DNA from: an uncultured Chloroflexia bacterium
GTDB lineage: Bacteria; Chloroflexota; Limnocylindria; Limnocylindrales; CSP1-4
Reading direction: 5' to 3'
Length of the DNA: 64,000 nt
Assembly (NCBI GenBank): GCA_963763775.1
Contig: CAVXPZ010000004.1
Location: forward strand, 544,001-608,000
How positions within the stretch are numbered: position 1 is the first letter of the stretch; every line of letters begins with the position of its first letter. The position numbers and the translations under genes were made by a program. Under the pieces are notes generated by a model. It worked only from the letters and a program-made list of their open reading frames with translations. It was not told the origin of the DNA and searched no databases. Below are positions 61,298 through 64,000 of the stretch, piece by piece.

Positions 61298-62463
61298 AGC
61301 GACACCTCGTGCCCGGCCAAGAGCAATCGGCCGAGGCGCAGGGCATCGCGCAGCTCCGCCGCCTCGTCCTTGCGATCCCCCGCCTCGAGCTCGGTGATGC
61401 GGGCCTCGAGCATGCGGATGAAGGACCCGGCGACGGTATCGGGCGACGGCAAGGCCCCCTCGGTCAGCGCCGGCATCGACGTGTCGCGGACGCGGACCTT
61501 CAGGAAGGCGAGCGAGAGCGCTCCCTCGATCTCGTCGATATCGAGGTCGAGCTCGTCGGGACGCACCCCGACGATCCGGGCGTGCAGCACGAGGTCCGGA
61601 TCACCCCGCTTTGCGAGGCTCGCGACGAGGACGGGCTGGCTCACGATCGTGGCGGCGTCGACCTGGACGCGCTCGAAGCGGGTCTTGCCGACCTGGCGCT
61701 GGTCGATCCTGACGGTGCGCTTGCCCGCGACCTCATCGAGTTCGACCAGGAGGACCTTGCCCGCGCGGTCCTGGTCGAGGGCGACGGCTTCGGGTGCGCC
61801 GGCGTAGGCGTAGGCGACGGTCCCCGCCTTGCCCTCCTGGGCGGCGTGCCAGTGGCCGAGGGCGAGATAGTCGAGACCGCTCGAGGCGATCTCCTCGGCG
61901 GTGACCACGACCTCGTCGCGGTCGGTCTTGCCGGGGATGGCGATCGAGCCGTGGACCATGCCGATCCGCCAGACCGTGTCGGCCGGGTCGCCCGCCAGAT
62001 CGAGGCCCTTGAGCGGACTCTCGGGCGCCCGCTTCGTCGCGAAGACGCGGGCGTGGATCACGGACTTGAGCGCCGGGATGACGATCCGTGGCGTGTCCGG
62101 CGTGACCACGGTGACGAGGTCGTCGTCGGGCGTGCTCCCGGACATCGCCTTCAGGTCGTACGCGCGGTAGATCGAGGCGCGGTCGTACACGTCATGGGTG
62201 CCCGGGATGACGACCGTGCGGATGCGAGCCTCGGCCAGTCGCGTCAGCTCGGCGGCGACGCGCTCGACGGACCGCCGCGGCTGCACGTTGGAGTCGAAGA
62301 GGTCGCCGGCGATGAGGACGAGGTCGACCTTCTCGGCGAGGGCGAGGTCGACGGTGGTCCTGAAGGCGGCGAACTGTCGCTCGCGTTGGGCGGACGCCTG
62401 CTCGCCGAGGTCGTCGTGACGCGCGCCGAGATGGACGTCTGCGGTGTGGATGATCCGTAGCAT
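61294..62463 (-). CDS. Mre11/SbcD-like DNA repair nuclease (YhaO-type)
   Basis: HTADVHLG, AGDLFD, PGTHD, HG, ALGHWH. Confidence 0.92.
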   Translation of the reverse strand: MLRIIHTADVHLGARHDDLGEQASAQRERQFAAFRTTVDLALAEKVDLVLIAGDLFDSNVQPRRSVERVAAELTRLAEARIRTVVIPGTHDVYDRASIYRAYDLKAMSGSTPDDDLVTVVTPDTPRIVIPALKSVIHARVFATKRAPESPLKGLDLAGDPADTVWRIGMVHGSIAIPGKTDRDEVVVTAEEIASSGLDYLALGHWHAAQEGKAGTVAYAYAGAPEAVALDQDRAGKVLLVELDEVAGKRTVRIDQRQVGKTRFERVQVDAATIVSQPVLVASLAKRGDPDLVLHARIVGVRPDELDLDIDEIEGALSLAFLKVRVRDTSMPALTEGALPSPDTVAGSFIRMLEARITELEAGDRKDEAAELRDALRLGRLLLAGHEVSL

Positions 62464-62919
62464 CCGGTCTTGCGGCGGGCCTCCCTGGTCGACACGGTCC
62501 GGACGGTGCGGCCGGGGCTGCCGCTCGCTCGGCCCGACGGCCGGACGCTCGGCGGTTGACGTGCGAGCGAGGCGCCCCCATGACTCCTCGCTCGCCACCC
62601 CGATCCTTGCTCGCCATTGTGACAGGTACGGTGTCACGGTGGCCGGCCGATCCGGGGTCGCCGCGGGCCGCGCCGACACGAGCCGCACGTTGCGAGCGGG
62701 CGGCGCCCGGGTCGCGATCCGGGCCCGGAAAGCTCGAATCCGCAGGCCGTCGTAGAATTCGCCGCCTACCACCCGGTGCGCCCCGCCACAGGGACTCCAT
62801 ATCGGCACCTAGGGTCGCGCGGCCCCGGCTCACTCGCCAACTCGCTCGCCCCGTCCGTCGATGCGGCTGCCCTCGGGACGCTCGAATCCCGCCGCGCCCA
62901 CGGCTTCTCGGAGGAGCAA

Positions 62920-63258
62920 GTGACCTACGTCGATCGGACCCTGAGCTGCGTCGACTGTGGGGTGGATTTCATCCATTCCGCCGCCGACCAGGAGTACTAC
63001 GTACAGAAGGGGTTCACCAGCGAGCCGAAGCGATGCACGAGCTGCCGGGCCAGCCGACGTGCCGCCCGCGACGGCGGGGATGACATGCGGGCCATCGGCG
63101 GCCCGCGCGGCTACGAGCGCGGGGACGACCGTCCGTCGCGCGAGTACTTCGCCGTCCTCTGCTCGTCGTGCGGCAACCAGGCGCAGGTGCCGTTCAAGCC
63201 GCGCATGGACCGTCCGGTCTACTGCTCGGATTGCTTCCGGACCGTCCGCCCGGACTGA
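62920..63258 (+). CDS. Zinc-ribbon + CxxC-x17-CxxC domain protein
   Basis: CVDC..F....Q.YY.QKGF..PKRC..C and C..CG....VPFKP...RPVYC.DC; GGAGGAG RBS. Confidence 0.92.
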   Translation: MTYVDRTLSCVDCGVDFIHSAADQEYYVQKGFTSEPKRCTSCRASRRAARDGGDDMRAIGGPRGYERGDDRPSREYFAVLCSSCGNQAQVPFKPRMDRPVYCSDCFRTVRPD

Positions 63259-63266
63259 GTCCACGT

Positions 63267-63326
63267 CGCTCGCCGGGGTGGGGCGAGCGGCACGTTCCCG
63301 ACAGCCGCGCCGGGGTGGGGCGCGGC
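63267..63326. repeat. Two tandem hairpins with identical GGGGTGG loops
   Basis: CGCTCGCC/GGCGAGCG (63267-63289) and GCCGCGCC/GGCGCGGC (63304-63326). Confidence 0.7.
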
Positions 63327-63407
63327 GGGTCGGACGGCAAGGGTACCGACGTGCCGGGTACCTCCGGGGGAGTGCCGGGGTCCTCGATGCGCTCGACGCT
63401 ACCCGAC

Positions 63408-63632
63408 ATGACGAAGCGATGGCTCTCGGCCGTCCTCTGGCTCTATGCCGGATGGTGGCTCGGCAACTTCATCTCGGACGCCACGGGCATCAGCGAGCTG
63501 TTCGGTCCGGCCCTCGGGACGGCCCTCGCGGTGCTGATCGCCGGCGATCCGTTCCACGTCGTCTGGCCTCGCCCGGCCCGGGTGAGCCAGCCGGCTTCGA
63601 CGCCCCAGCGCACGGCGCCCGGCGCCATCTGA
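63408..63632 (+). CDS. 74-aa small membrane protein, hypothetical
   Basis: Two hydrophobic segments, DP...W motif, GC3-rich codons. Confidence 0.65.
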   Translation: MTKRWLSAVLWLYAGWWLGNFISDATGISELFGPALGTALAVLIAGDPFHVVWPRPARVSQPASTPQRTAPGAI

Positions 63633-63671
63633 TCGAAGGACCGACGTCCCACGGACGCCGGTCCTTCCGTT

Positions 63672-64000
63672 TCAGACCCGGAAGACGTCGCCGGCGCGAT
63701 GCCGTTCGCGGCGTCGGCCGCGCCACACCGTCACGCGCGCGGCCCCGTGGACCTGCCACGACCCGTCGCGACCGATGACCGCGGTCTCCTCGTCGATCCC
63801 CAGCACGACCGACCCGCGCGGCGCCTGCAAGGCGACGAGCGCGGACATCGGCTCGGGCCACGCGTCGTAGTGCGGGACGACCGACGTCCCCGGCGCGAAC
63901 CCGAGGCCTGATCGCCAGCGCAGCGGCCACGGCATGAGGCGAAGCCGGAAGTCGAACGTGTGCCCGGCGAGGACCATCGCGCCGGCCGAGCAGCCGGCCA
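63672..64000 (-). CDS. Peptidase S51/cyanophycinase-like protein, C-terminal part (truncated by window)
   Basis: GCSAGAM nucleophile elbow, PHYD, GIDE.TA. Confidence 0.85.
   Translation of the reverse strand, partial: AGCSAGAMVLAGHTFDFRLRLMPWPLRWRSGLGFAPGTSVVPHYDAWPEPMSALVALQAPRGSVVLGIDEETAVIGRDGSWQVHGAARVTVWRGRRRERHRAGDVFRV

Overview
High-GC bacterial chromosomal segment made mostly of core genes. Gene content and the style of its ECF and lipoprotein genes suggest Chloroflexota, possibly Limnocylindria (inference). It contains the leuS 3' end, comEA-comEC-HD-holA, pyrG...tal-rho-LysM/M23-obgE-nadD-rsfS, an ECF sigma/Kelch/TolB-like/S41-like module, an ABC-2 exporter operon, pseudouridine catabolism genes, a nearly complete pentose phosphate cluster (tkt, rpiB, pgi, gnd, zwf, opcA, pgl) interrupted by a Xre-RES toxin-antitoxin pair and speE, citrate synthase, corA, photolyase and an Mre11/Rad50-like pair. 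About ten single-base frameshifts, including one in pyrG, look like long-read indel errors. The most interesting non-annotated signals are: (1) two GTAACC-N18-GGTTAC boxes over a divergent promoter between a CGNR zinc-finger gene and two tiny ORFs; (2) a ~190-nt rod-shaped 6S-like RNA next to a DnaA-box-like cluster; (3) a duplicated 41-bp promoter-like motif flanking a lipoprotein gene upstream of comEA; (4) a perfect palindrome filling the rho promoter spacer; (5) widespread leaderless architecture and possible CTG starts. No tRNA, rRNA, CRISPR array or transposase was seen. All calls were made by eye; no searches were run.
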